A DNA stretch of 50,064 bases, counting the filler, from an uncultured virus (IMG/VR IMGVR_UViG_2061766007_001805) (taxonomy: Duplodnaviria; Heunggongvirae; Uroviricota; Caudoviricetes). It is 6 parts of one record of this genome, joined end to end, with 100 filler letters (N's around TTAATTAATTAA, not from the genome) between each part and the next. Parts side by side here need not be neighbours in the genome. Positions count along the whole stretch, not along the records: positions 35,988 to 43,207 come from IMGVR_UViG_2061766007_001805; positions 43,308 to 50,064 come from IMGVR_UViG_2061766007_001805; 4 more parts are not named here. One strand, written 5' to 3'. A model generated the notes under the pieces. That model worked only from the letters and a program-made list of their open reading frames with translations, was not told the origin of the DNA and did no database searches. Made by a program: the position numbers and the translations under genes. Every line of letters starts with the position of its first letter. Within the stretch, counting starts at the first letter, position 1. Shown piece after piece: positions 41,032-50,064 of this stretch.

Positions 41032-41385
41032 TCACAATTCCTTAATCATTTCTATCTCATTTTCATCGCGGGATAATTCCTTGAATCCAATGCGTTCGTA
41101 CCATTCTTTTAGCCAGATGTTCTTCGCGTCAACATGCAAGCGAGCAAATGTCATACCATAGTCACGACATGTATTGATGGCATGTTGCATCATTACCCAA
41201 CCAAGACCCTTTCTTCTTTCTGTTTCAAGTACAGACAAGTTACAGATGTAGCCACATTTAGGGAACGTCTTTTCATCAAACTTAACGCAAACTATTGCAG
41301 TGCCATCGTCTTTAACAATGTCAACACTTTCACCCCAAAACCATCGGTTGATGTGAAAGAATACATTATCGTATTTTAATTCCAT
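41032..41385 (-). CDS. GNAT-family acetyltransferase
   Basis: ICNLSVLETERRKGLG (motif A) and LHVDAKN..LKEWYERIGF. Confidence 0.85.
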   Translation of the reverse strand: MELKYDNVFFHINRWFWGESVDIVKDDGTAIVCVKFDEKTFPKCGYICNLSVLETERRKGLGWVMMQHAINTCRDYGMTFARLHVDAKNIWLKEWYERIGFKELSRDENEIEMIKEL

Positions 41386-41397
41386 AAGCGTTAAAGT

Positions 41398-42021
41398 TTA
41401 GAGGTGTTCGACGTTAGGATAAAAGCGTTGCTCTTCGCTTGACCATTTGTATGACTGGTGGCAGTGCGGACAAATGCAGCTGATGCCTGCGTAAGCATCG
41501 AACTCGTGCCCGCACGATGTACAGAGAGAATTAAATTTTGGGCTGATTTGGACAAAATGTCTGCTAAACCCTCCGTCTCCCATTTCCAAAGCCCCTTGCT
41601 CTGATAAAGATTTCAGCAAGCTGACCACGTCTCTGACACTTGCACTTTCAAGGTCGTCCACCCTCGACTTCAACAAGTTATTAAGAATCTGAACAGTCTC
41701 TTGTCCTGTAAATTTGAAGTCTTTGAGATTAAGAGCGTCCGACTGGACTTGCGCTCTATATGACTCTTCGAGCAAGTCTCTTAGTTGGACAATGCTTTGC
41801 TGAGATAGCATATTCTCTGCCTCTTTCTTTCTTGCTGAGAGATACGCCTCTTCATCCTCTGTGCCAATAACCTTCTTGAACTCGCTCATGTCGTAAGCAA
41901 GCGCAAATGCGTTTTGTGGCGACTCGCCTAAGACCACCATCAATGTAAAGATGTAGTCTTTCTCGTCTATTACAACGCCTCTCGTGTGCATTGTTGAAAC
42001 TGCTTCCAAATATCCTACCAT
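41398..42021 (-). CDS. Hypothetical protein with a C-terminal zinc ribbon
   Basis: CTSCGH...CPHCH. Confidence 0.7.
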   Translation of the reverse strand: MVGYLEAVSTMHTRGVVIDEKDYIFTLMVVLGESPQNAFALAYDMSEFKKVIGTEDEEAYLSARKKEAENMLSQQSIVQLRDLLEESYRAQVQSDALNLKDFKFTGQETVQILNNLLKSRVDDLESASVRDVVSLLKSLSEQGALEMGDGGFSRHFVQISPKFNSLCTSCGHEFDAYAGISCICPHCHQSYKWSSEEQRFYPNVEHL

Positions 42022-42031
42022 ATATATAAAT

Positions 42032-42846
42032 TTAATCGTTAATATCTATTTTATAATTTAATAGTGCATCATAAACGCGTTTTATGATTTTCCCTTCGTC
42101 GTAATACTTTTGCGCAACCTCTTTGATATATATTTCTTTCGCTTGTTTATAGGCAGTAAAGGCTTGCTCTGGCGTGTCGAAAGTTCCTATTACTTTTCGT
42201 TTGGCATCCTTTCGCAAAATACCAAAAGAACAATATGCGGTATATCTTTTACCTCTCTTTCTTACACCGATTGGCACATCACCTCGCTTAGAATTGTTTT
42301 TAGTGAACAAAGAGTTAATTTCTATAGGAACAAAACAGCACGTTAAAGGCGAATAAATTTTATTACCTTTTGAAATAATGTCCTTGTCAAGATGATAACT
42401 TTCCCTAAAACCATTCTTGTTCGCCCATTCATAAAAGTTACTAAAAAGCAACCATTCTTCACACACTTCGCAACCTTTGTACGTTGGCTCTTTTTTTTGA
42501 TACGACTCACTGTAGCATCGAACAATCATTGACTTCCATGCTCGATAAATAAGTTCTATTTCTCCATTACATGTAGCATCCATGTCAAATAGTGCGACAC
42601 CANNNNNNNNNNNNNNNNNCTTCTTGCTTGCCCTTGCAGTCTCGTGTGGGTATTTTCGTTGTAACATTTTCTACACCCATGCCCCCTTGTGCAATGCAAT
42701 GTTGCCATCTGTGAAAAATAACCGTGTTTTGGGCAAAAAATCTCCACTATTTGATGGCTTCCTACAATGTTTGGCACTCTGTCATAACCATAAGTACCTA
42801 CACCGTGTTTTGCTTCCGATTTTGCAACAAACTCTTCCTTTGTCAT
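42032..42846 (-). CDS. HNH/AP2-type phage endonuclease with an N-terminal Zn-finger repeat (frame broken by a gap)
   Basis: CPKHGYF...GHGCRKC; WKSMIVRCY...YKGCEVCEEWLLFSNF...LDKDII..GNKIYSP.TCCFVP..IN; IGTFDTPEQAFTAYK. Confidence 0.8.
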
Positions 42847-42941
42847 ATTTCCAACAATTTAATTACTTCCAACAATATATAAACGTGGAAGGGCTGTTGG
42901 ATTACCCTTGTCGGTGGCCAATTACCTCCACCTATCCACGT
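42847..42941 (-). ncRNA. Structured 5' leader (three-way junction plus pseudoknot) of the endonuclease gene
   Basis: Same architecture as 37908-38003; lies directly after the TAACTTTG promoter element. Confidence 0.65.
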
Positions 42942-43058
42942 TGCAAAGTTATAAATTACATTTGAATCGCACAAACAAATTAACTATATTTATAAGTTTT
43001 TTCTTCTTGCATACTCTGCGATGAGGAGNNNNNNNNNNNNNNNNNNNNNNNNNNNNNN

Positions 43059-43207
43059 TCAGAACCCTTTATACCCTTCGGAAGAAGTTCCTTCTGCCAC
43101 TCTTTGCTATCAACGAACATGTGCGGTATGCCAAGCGTTTCAAGAAGGATGAGCTGTGCTTCCCAACAGCGAACAGCAGTAATCGTCGCGTTCCAACGCG
43201 TAGGATT
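43059..43207 (-). CDS. Fragment of a possible RuvC-like Holliday junction resolvase
   Basis: PTRWNATITAVRCWEAQLILLETLGIPHMFVDSKEWQKELLPKGIKG resembles phage RuvC C-terminal motifs. Flanked by gaps. Confidence 0.45.
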
Positions 43208-43417
43208 NNNNNNNNNNNNNNNNNNNNNNNNNNNNNNNNNNNNNNNNNNNNTTAATTAATTAANNNNNNNNNNNNNNNNNNNNNNNNNNNNNNNNNNNNN
43301 NNNNNNNGACTGATGTTACACAGTGACGCTACAGTGTCTGCGAGATACGCCATAATATCCATCTCGTGCCGCTTTACAGCTTCAAGAATATCTTCCACGC
43401 TGTCGAGGTTGCGCCAG

Positions 43418-43867
43418 TCAGACGCTATCATCTCTTCGTTTATCATTCGCTTCTTTCTTTCGTTCGTTTATGTCGTTGAGTATCGTCTGCTTTGACATCG
43501 GAAGTCTCTCTACGAAGAAGTTGAGTCGTTGGTTCTCTTTGCCAAGCACAGAGTCCCATACGCCTACTATGGAGAACTTGAACCTCATGAACATGAACTC
43601 GCCCTTGTATGCCACGACGCCGTCGTCTGTACTCTTCTTCAAGTATGCCTCGAACGATGGCTTACGTTGGCGCGTCGTGTATGACTGCGAATCGAAGTCG
43701 TAATCCATTATCGGCTTGCGCTTGAGCCACAGATAGCTGTCGTCGCCGTCTTTGAAGAACGTCGCTTCAATCGGAGACAAGTCTATGCCCTGCACGCTGA
43801 CAGAGCCCTCGTACTTGCCTCCGCTCTTGCGTTCTATGTGACCGTTCGTGTACCCGTAGTTATCCAC
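43418..43867 (-). CDS. Hypothetical phage protein
   Basis: 149-aa ORF directly downstream of the beta clamp. Confidence 0.7.
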   Translation of the reverse strand: MDNYGYTNGHIERKSGGKYEGSVSVQGIDLSPIEATFFKDGDDSYLWLKRKPIMDYDFDSQSYTTRQRKPSFEAYLKKSTDDGVVAYKGEFMFMRFKFSIVGVWDSVLGKENQRLNFFVERLPMSKQTILNDINERKKEANDKRRDDSV

Positions 43868-43882
43868 TCGTCGCTGTTTTTA

Positions 43883-45025
43883 TCATTGAACAATCGGAGC
43901 CTGCACGACCATCGGCATGATTACCGAGATGTACTTCTCTCTCTCCGCTTCGTCATTCGAGCAGATTATGGCTGGTCTTGTCGGCGCTGTCATCTCAAGC
44001 ACGACGTTGTCGTTCTCTATGCTGCGAAGCGTCTCTGAAAACATTTCTCCGTTGAAGCATATCTTCAGTTCGCTTTGAGAGTAGTTCTTGCATCTGACAG
44101 ACTCTTCAGACGTTCTTCCGAAGTTCACGTCTTCTGCGCTGACAGTAATAGAGTCAGCGGAAAGCAGAAGCGTCACAAGTCTGCTTGCATTGTCGATTGA
44201 AAGCACGTGTCTCAGAGCTTGCACCATCTGCTCGTTCTCAACTTCCACGCTGATGGTATTGCTCTTCGGAATTACCATGTCGCAGTCTGGATAGTTGCCC
44301 TCAAGAAGCCGTGCAGTAATCTTGAAGTTTCTGTTGCTCACTGATACGGCTTTGTCTGTGAATTTCAGTTTCACGTCTTCGTCTACTCCATCGAGAACGC
44401 TCATGATGACGGACGCTGCCTTCGGAGGGAGCGTGAATTTGTCGTATTCTGCTCCGTCGTTCAGAGCTGCATCTTCAACAAGCTTCACGACTCTCAGATG
44501 GCTTGCGCCGTTGACTGTCATCTTGCCGTCAGAGAACTTGAAATGCACTCCGCTCATGATTGGACGGACGACGCTGTTCTCTGTAGACGTGCTTGCGAGC
44601 TTTATGACACTCCTTACGAGACTTCCGTTTGCAATCACTTCGCTTGCGCTGTCAACGCTCAGATTCGGCTTTGGGAAGTCGTCTGCAGACTCGTACGGAA
44701 GATTTATCTTTCCGCTCACGTAGTCGAGTGTCATCAGTTTGCTTTCTTCGTCGAGTGTAACAGTGACGTTCTCGTCGCGAAGCGTTGACAAGCAGTTGAT
44801 TAAGTCTTTCGCCACTGTGCAGAACGTCGTCTCCATGTCTGACGTCAAGATGTCTGCACGTTCTGTCACCCAGTTCTCTCCGTCGCTTGCTGTGAGGACG
44901 ATACTCTCTTTGCTGACCATGATGCACACGTCAGAAAGAATCGCGATGCTGTTCTTGCTGTTGATTACCGATGCCAAGTCAACGAGCTTCGGCAACACTT
45001 CGTTTACTTCAAATGTAACTTTCAT
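43883..45025 (-). CDS. dnaN: DNA polymerase III beta sliding clamp
   Basis: 380 aa; KNSIAILS..LTASDGE, DDFPK, RPIMSGVHF, TARLLEGNYPD..VIP, ICFN, IMPM. Confidence 0.92.
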   Translation of the reverse strand: MKVTFEVNEVLPKLVDLASVINSKNSIAILSDVCIMVSKESIVLTASDGENWVTERADILTSDMETTFCTVAKDLINCLSTLRDENVTVTLDEESKLMTLDYVSGKINLPYESADDFPKPNLSVDSASEVIANGSLVRSVIKLASTSTENSVVRPIMSGVHFKFSDGKMTVNGASHLRVVKLVEDAALNDGAEYDKFTLPPKAASVIMSVLDGVDEDVKLKFTDKAVSVSNRNFKITARLLEGNYPDCDMVIPKSNTISVEVENEQMVQALRHVLSIDNASRLVTLLLSADSITVSAEDVNFGRTSEESVRCKNYSQSELKICFNGEMFSETLRSIENDNVVLEMTAPTRPAIICSNDEAEREKYISVIMPMVVQAPIVQ

Positions 45026-45052
45026 GTTTGTTCTCTGTTTTCGTAAGTTATG

Positions 45053-45340
45053 TTATTTTTTTTTCTTTCCACCACGCGCACGACGGTCTCCTGCTGTGTC
45101 GGACTTAGAGCCGCGATTTGCTGACGATGACTTGTACACGATGCCATGAGACGTGTGTGAAGCGTCCTTGCCCTTGCGCGAAGCCTTTCCGTACTTCTCG
45201 TCGTGCTCTCTGTTGTGCTGAGTCAGCTCAGAGCGCTTCTTTCGCTGCTCTGGCTTCTTCTCGAACTCAGTATCGTACTGTTTCTTCTTCTCTCGCGCCT
45301 TTGGGTGCGTGCGATAGTATTCTGCTGATTTTGATGCCAT
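45053..45340 (-). CDS. Basic hypothetical phage protein (possible degenerate HNH: KDASH...SANR)
   Basis: 95-aa ORF. Confidence 0.6.
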   Translation of the reverse strand: MASKSAEYYRTHPKAREKKKQYDTEFEKKPEQRKKRSELTQHNREHDEKYGKASRKGKDASHTSHGIVYKSSSANRGSKSDTAGDRRARGGKKKK

Positions 45341-45545
45341 AATTATTCTTGTTTATCGGGTTCGTAATCGTATGCCTTCTCAAGAAGCTCTTTTGCTACC
45401 GCCCTGACGTATTGTTCGCAAACAGCCTCTGCGTCTTCAGTGCCCTTTGCTTGTTCGAGCGTGTCTCTCCACTTATCAATGATATTGCTCTCAGCTTGGA
45501 ACACAGCTCTTACAATCCACGTCCAATGCTCAATCGTCTCTTCAC

Positions 45546-45707
45546 TCATGCCAATGGGTATTTTACAAGATAACCGTTCATCTTACCTCTGCTGAACGTC
45601 TTCGTCTCGTAGACTCCTTTCTCTATGAGATTGTAAGCTGTCTGCTTTGACTTGCCGATGCGCAAAGCCAACTCCGAAACGCTAATCCATTCGTACTCTT
45701 CGTTCAT
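45546..45707 (-). CDS. Small helix-turn-helix protein (absent from the ORF track)
   Basis: MNEEYEWISVSELALRIGKSKQTAYNLIEKG..., 53 aa, overlapping the neighbouring start and stop. Confidence 0.65.
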   Translation of the reverse strand: MNEEYEWISVSELALRIGKSKQTAYNLIEKGVYETKTFSRGKMNGYLVKYPLA

Positions 45708-46360
45708 TGCTGTGTCTGTTCATTCAACTCTTGTTCCTGAATGGCTTCAATGTTCTCGCGAGCAACCTCCTCGTCGGTCTTCTTCTCGAACAGAACGCGC
45801 TCTTCCATGTCTTCCAAGAACTTATCTTCCTCTTCAGCAACTTTGCTCAAGAACTCTTTGTTTGTCATTCCGTCTGTCTTCTCTGACAGTAGGACTGAGT
45901 TGCGCGCGATGTTGTGGATGTACGACTCGTAAACCAAGAACTGCTCTGCCTCGGACTCGCCTATACTGTAGATGTCGTTATGACAGTTGAATACAAACCA
46001 GTCATAATACACGCAAATATTGTACTCTGCCCTGTCTTCCTTTGTCTTCAGGAAGTCGATGAGCTTGCCGAACGAGTATCCGTTCTCTGTCTTGCAGTCT
46101 TCAAGATGTTCGTTGGCAATCTCGATGATTCGACGCGTGTATAGATATGGTCTCGAGATGCCTGACGAATTGTATGAGCTGTACAGGTGTTTGTGGTATC
46201 CTGTTGATATGACTGCTGTGTCAGAGTTGACTTCGAGTCTCAAGCCCTTATCACTAAAAAACACTCCGCAATATTCTTTGTCTTTTGGTACAAAAACCAA
46301 AGCATTCTGTATGCGACGCTGCAACTGAGCGTTTGTCGGTTTTGATGTTTTCTTCTCCAT
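45704..46360 (-). CDS. Hypothetical phage protein
   Basis: Intact ORF MEKKTSKPTNAQLQRRI. Confidence 0.75.
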   Translation of the reverse strand: MEKKTSKPTNAQLQRRIQNALVFVPKDKEYCGVFFSDKGLRLEVNSDTAVISTGYHKHLYSSYNSSGISRPYLYTRRIIEIANEHLEDCKTENGYSFGKLIDFLKTKEDRAEYNICVYYDWFVFNCHNDIYSIGESEAEQFLVYESYIHNIARNSVLLSEKTDGMTNKEFLSKVAEEEDKFLEDMEERVLFEKKTDEEVARENIEAIQEQELNEQTQQ

Positions 46361-46365
46361 AATCA

Positions 46366-46890
46366 TTATTTTTTGTTCGTTTCTGCGTAGATTACCGACA
46401 GACGCATCACAAGCCCTTCGTGAGTCTTCGGCACGCGTCCTTTAATCTTGTTTGTCTTGTTGTATGCAGCGATATACGCCCTTGCCATGTCGTCATCTTT
46501 TATGTGACTAAAATAATATTCGTTCTCTGGCTCTTTGACTTCTTCAGCGACACCTTCGTCCTCAATCTCTTTGGCTTCTTTCGCGAGCTCTTCTGCGCGC
46601 TTCTTGGACTCGTCGTCGAGGTCTGCGTCTTTGATGTCTTCGACGTCCATGTACTGAGGAACGATGAACACCTTCGTGATAGCACTGAACGGTTCTTGCG
46701 AGAACACTTTCACTACGCGTGGCTTCTCGTCTTTCTCAGCGTCGAATGAAGCCACCACATACGCTTCGTAGCCTGTAGAAAGCAGTACCACTGCCACACA
46801 GTTCTTAAAACTTGACTTGCCGTCCCATTCTTTCAATGGTATGTTAGGAAGTCTCAGATAATCAATAATTTCTCTTTTAAACTGAATCAT
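46366..46890 (-). CDS. Hypothetical phage protein
   Basis: 174-aa ORF following the TATCTTTG promoter element at 46920-46927. Confidence 0.75.
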   Translation of the reverse strand: MIQFKREIIDYLRLPNIPLKEWDGKSSFKNCVAVVLLSTGYEAYVVASFDAEKDEKPRVVKVFSQEPFSAITKVFIVPQYMDVEDIKDADLDDESKKRAEELAKEAKEIEDEGVAEEVKEPENEYYFSHIKDDDMARAYIAAYNKTNKIKGRVPKTHEGLVMRLSVIYAETNKK

Positions 46891-46970
46891 AACGTGTTGT
46901 GTTTAATTAGTTTCGAGTGCAAAGATACGTATGAATTTGAAATATTCCAAATTTAAACGCATAAAGTTTG

Positions 46971-47198
46971 TTAAATGCACGTCTTCTTCGCTTCTTCTAT
47001 AATCTTTAGACCTTCTTCAGTCGGGCTCCCTTTCTTGTCGCAAGGCACGAAGACTTTCGTTCTTGGAGACAGCTTTACCCACCTCCACCCTTCTTTCAAG
47101 CGTTTCTTCTCACGCTTGTGCAGCTTCTCTACAGCTTTCAGCGCAGAGTCTGTCACTTTCTCTGTGTTTGATACCCAGTTGTTTATTGTAGATGCCAT
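46971..47198 (-). CDS. Hypothetical phage protein
   Basis: 75-aa ORF. Confidence 0.6.
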   Translation of the reverse strand: MASTINNWVSNTEKVTDSALKAVEKLHKREKKRLKEGWRWVKLSPRTKVFVPCDKKGSPTEEGLKIIEEAKKTCI

Positions 47199-47201
47199 AT
47201 A

Positions 47202-47957
47202 CTATTTCTTTTCTTTTGTAAGTTTTCCTACCGTGTTGTTTGCCATGTAAGCTTTAAATGGTATAACGTCAAGTCTTTTCTCAGTGTATTCGCGTATGAT
47301 GCTTGCTGTGTATATGTTCTCTGCGTCTTCTGCAGAGAGTCGCTTGGCGACCATCATCGCTGACGCCTTGTCCATATTCTCTTCGACAGTCTCTTGTTTC
47401 TTTTCGTACACATCATACTTTGTAACACACCAAGACTCTTTCTGCTCTCCGACAGTTTCTGATGCGACAGTCGTAGTGTGGAAGAAATAGCTCTTGTCGT
47501 TCGTGTCGACTGTGATTGCTTTTGTAATGCCATTGTCGTCTGTACGCTGTTTTTCTCCAAGCTCCCACTCTATAGGAAGCTGAGCCCACTGCATGATTCG
47601 TCGGAACAGCACTTCTGTGTCTTCGCTTATTTCACGTCCAGCGTCGCCATGCGCATAATATCCAGTCCAGAACTCTGTGAATCTGCAGAACGACTTCTCG
47701 AACGCGTTCATCTCTCTTGCTATGTCGTTTCTTCTTGCATTGAAGTCGCTCAAGAGACTGCTTACGCCGCAGTATATGCGATACGAAGCCATGATGGTCG
47801 CATGACAAGCACAAAGGAGGTTGGAAATCCTTGTGAAGAATCCCAACTCCTTTGCATTTTCGAAACTAAGCCCTTTGACGCCAGTCGTACGGATTCGCTT
47901 TATGACGTCATCTTCCACGACGCTTGACTCAGGCAATTCAATTAGTCTATTTTCCAT
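47202..47957 (-). CDS. Hypothetical phage protein
   Basis: 251-aa ORF. Confidence 0.75.
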   Translation of the reverse strand: MENRLIELPESSVVEDDVIKRIRTTGVKGLSFENAKELGFFTRISNLLCACHATIMASYRIYCGVSSLLSDFNARRNDIAREMNAFEKSFCRFTEFWTGYYAHGDAGREISEDTEVLFRRIMQWAQLPIEWELGEKQRTDDNGITKAITVDTNDKSYFFHTTTVASETVGEQKESWCVTKYDVYEKKQETVEENMDKASAMMVAKRLSAEDAENIYTASIIREYTEKRLDVIPFKAYMANNTVGKLTKEKK

Positions 47958-47958
47958 A

Positions 47959-49872
47959 TCACATGATTACATACTTGTACTTGTCACCTTCTTTGAATGG
48001 AACATCTATCCACGACTTGTCGAGCGTGGTGTTGTCCTTAATCTTGTCAAGAACTACCTCGTAGATGCCGCCTTCCTTAATCAGGCAGTTGCTTTCTGAG
48101 ATAGGCACGGCATGAATCATCGCAGGGCCAGTCGAGTACTTTCCGCTGCTTCTGTCGTATGCGTAGACGCCGAACTTGATAGCCATGCCGTCAGCAGGCC
48201 ATGTGTTCGTGTCTGCCGTGATGAAATGCTTGCCGTAATAGATGCTGACATCATCGGTGGTGTGGATGACGCTCGTTCCGTTGCCGTTGTAGTGATGGAC
48301 GGTCTGGAACGCGAACTCCATGCTTGCTCCGTCACCGAGGGAGTAGTTGTTCTCCGACCAGTGCGGATAGCCTCCTTCCTCGCTTGTCGGTGGGCAGAGA
48401 TAGAGGTCTATGGCGTACTTGTCCTCCTTGACATAGGGTAGGTACTTGCCCGAGAAGCGGATTTCCTCGCCCGTGTTGTTATGGAACACAACCTTAATTC
48501 CTTTATACGACGGCTCTGGCTCTGGCTCTACCGACGGCTCTATGACGGGGCTGTCATCGTTGGGGATGGCAAGTTCAATAGTCTTCACCACCTCATTGAC
48601 GTATTCAGACGAGCCTTGTTTCTTGAAACAGATGTACTTGATGGCAACTTTTTCCTTGTAGACTTCCATCAGGACACCTTCGGATGCGCCGTATTCGGTC
48701 ACACCATAGCGTGTAGCGGGCTTGGCAAGTGAAGGAATATGTACGGTAGGCGCAGTATCGGCATAGCTGTGCCCGACGGTATGATAGATGTCGTAGTCGT
48801 ACTGCGTGCCGTCAAGGGAATTGAGGTCGTCGACATGCGGCATAACCTCTTTGCCAGTCGGCTGAATCACATCGTATGCCCTTGTGATGCCGTCCTCCTG
48901 CTCCTTTGCCTTAAAGTGCGAGTGTCCTCCATTGCAGATAATGTTGCGGTTCATCCGCAGCAGTTTGTCGATGAACCAGAACGTCAGTCCGCAGACGGTG
49001 TTTGAACCAGCGTAGAAGAACTCGTCTATCTCCTGCAGCGTAGGCATCGGCCATGTGCGAAGGTGGCGGTACTGGTTAAGAGTGTCGCCTGCGCCGTTCG
49101 GCATGAAGTGGTGCATGTGCAACACTTTACGTTTCTTCGGGTTCTTCTCTACGAGGTCTTTCAGCCAAACCAGTGCAGCAGGGTTGTAGAACTGATAATC
49201 AAAGTTCGTTTCCTTGCTGCGGTCATACTTGGTGTCTGAAACATAGTCCGTCATCTGCTTGACGTACTTGCTGTCGTAGTCGAGGCGGTTGATAGCACGT
49301 ATGACATCATAGCGTTCGGTAGACTTCCCGTAGTCAACGCTTATGTAAACGAACAAGTCGCCCATATACTCATAGTAGAAGTTCAGGCGGTCTTTGAACG
49401 TCGTGCCGAAATAATGGATGTCAGCACCCCTTGCCAGAGACTTGACAGTCTTGTCCCACATGTCCTCCGCAGACGAGAACTGCGACGGTATGGGATGCGC
49501 CGCGTCCTTTTTCTCGTAGATGCGCAGGTAGTCGTGGTTGCCCATCGCCGTAAAGAACGGCAGCTGACTGTCGTAGGAGTCGTGGAACGCCACCAAGTCC
49601 TTGTCCTTGTACTGGCACAGGTCGCCTGGAGAGTTGATGCCGACCACTCCCTCCCGCTCATAGTACCTCAAGGCGTTCTGCAAGTCCTGCAGGTACTCCG
49701 AGTTGTTCTTGTCCTCAACATCGAAGTGTGCATCGCCTATCACACCTACCTTGTACATCTCTTCACCGCCGTCCGTGGGCGCAGGTGTCGGCTGCGGCTC
49801 TGGTTCTTGTGCTACGGTGACGATAAGTTTCTCGTCAGCCTGTAATTCAATCAGTCTTTCTTTCATAATCAT
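47959..49872 (-). CDS. Calcineurin-like metallophosphoesterase with a C-terminal accessory domain
   Basis: GDAH, GDL, GNHD, HMHH and GHSH motifs in the expected order. Pro/Glu linkers flank the catalytic domain. Confidence 0.85.
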   Translation of the reverse strand: MIMKERLIELQADEKLIVTVAQEPEPQPTPAPTDGGEEMYKVGVIGDAHFDVEDKNNSEYLQDLQNALRYYEREGVVGINSPGDLCQYKDKDLVAFHDSYDSQLPFFTAMGNHDYLRIYEKKDAAHPIPSQFSSAEDMWDKTVKSLARGADIHYFGTTFKDRLNFYYEYMGDLFVYISVDYGKSTERYDVIRAINRLDYDSKYVKQMTDYVSDTKYDRSKETNFDYQFYNPAALVWLKDLVEKNPKKRKVLHMHHFMPNGAGDTLNQYRHLRTWPMPTLQEIDEFFYAGSNTVCGLTFWFIDKLLRMNRNIICNGGHSHFKAKEQEDGITRAYDVIQPTGKEVMPHVDDLNSLDGTQYDYDIYHTVGHSYADTAPTVHIPSLAKPATRYGVTEYGASEGVLMEVYKEKVAIKYICFKKQGSSEYVNEVVKTIELAIPNDDSPVIEPSVEPEPEPSYKGIKVVFHNNTGEEIRFSGKYLPYVKEDKYAIDLYLCPPTSEEGGYPHWSENNYSLGDGASMEFAFQTVHHYNGNGTSVIHTTDDVSIYYGKHFITADTNTWPADGMAIKFGVYAYDRSSGKYSTGPAMIHAVPISESNCLIKEGGIYEVVLDKIKDNTTLDKSWIDVPFKEGDKYKYVIM

Positions 49873-50064
49873 TACTTTTTATTGTTAAAAACTTGTCTAT
49901 TATCCAGTCAATCGCCGCGACGATGAATGGTGAGAATATCATCAGAAATAGAAATGCGATAAAGTACTTCATACTTATTCCTCCTTATTCTTATTCATAC
50001 TCACTACTGACAGAGCGAACACTGATAATAGTGCGCCTGCGATGACTCCCGCTATAAATCCAAT

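Noticed and set aside
18322..43263. Recurrent TTAATTAATTAA flanked by N runs (18322, 24222, 32251, 35932, 43252)
   Set aside because: Artificial six-frame-stop contig linker. Adjacency across these sites has no biological meaning.

Overview
This is a gap-rich concatenation of at least six metagenomic scaffolds of Bacteroidota (Prevotella-type) phage DNA, joined by artificial N-TTAATTAATTAA-N linkers at 18322, 24222, 32251, 35932 and 43252. The first ~8.3 kb is the most unusual part. It is AT-rich and appears to use TAG as Gln (Lak-megaphage-like code 15), which hides five or six tandem ~260-aa paralogues (M-I/F-LNED-F/Y-FD family). These genes flank two CRISPR arrays (13 and 12 repeats) with type V-A (Cas12a-like) repeats, a shared leader and a host-type promoter, but no cas gene is visible. 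Eight of the 25 repeats carry an extra, covarying hairpin inserted in the handle loop. The rest holds standard-code phage modules: early hypothetical genes, recombination and replication genes (SSB, YqaJ-like nuclease, RNase H, beta clamp, serine recombinase), four HNH/NUMOD/AP2-type endonucleases, and a diversity-generating retroelement (target VR, avd, TR; RT not in the window). Two of the endonuclease genes share a covarying three-way-junction/pseudoknot 5' leader. All calls were made by eye; no database searches were run.
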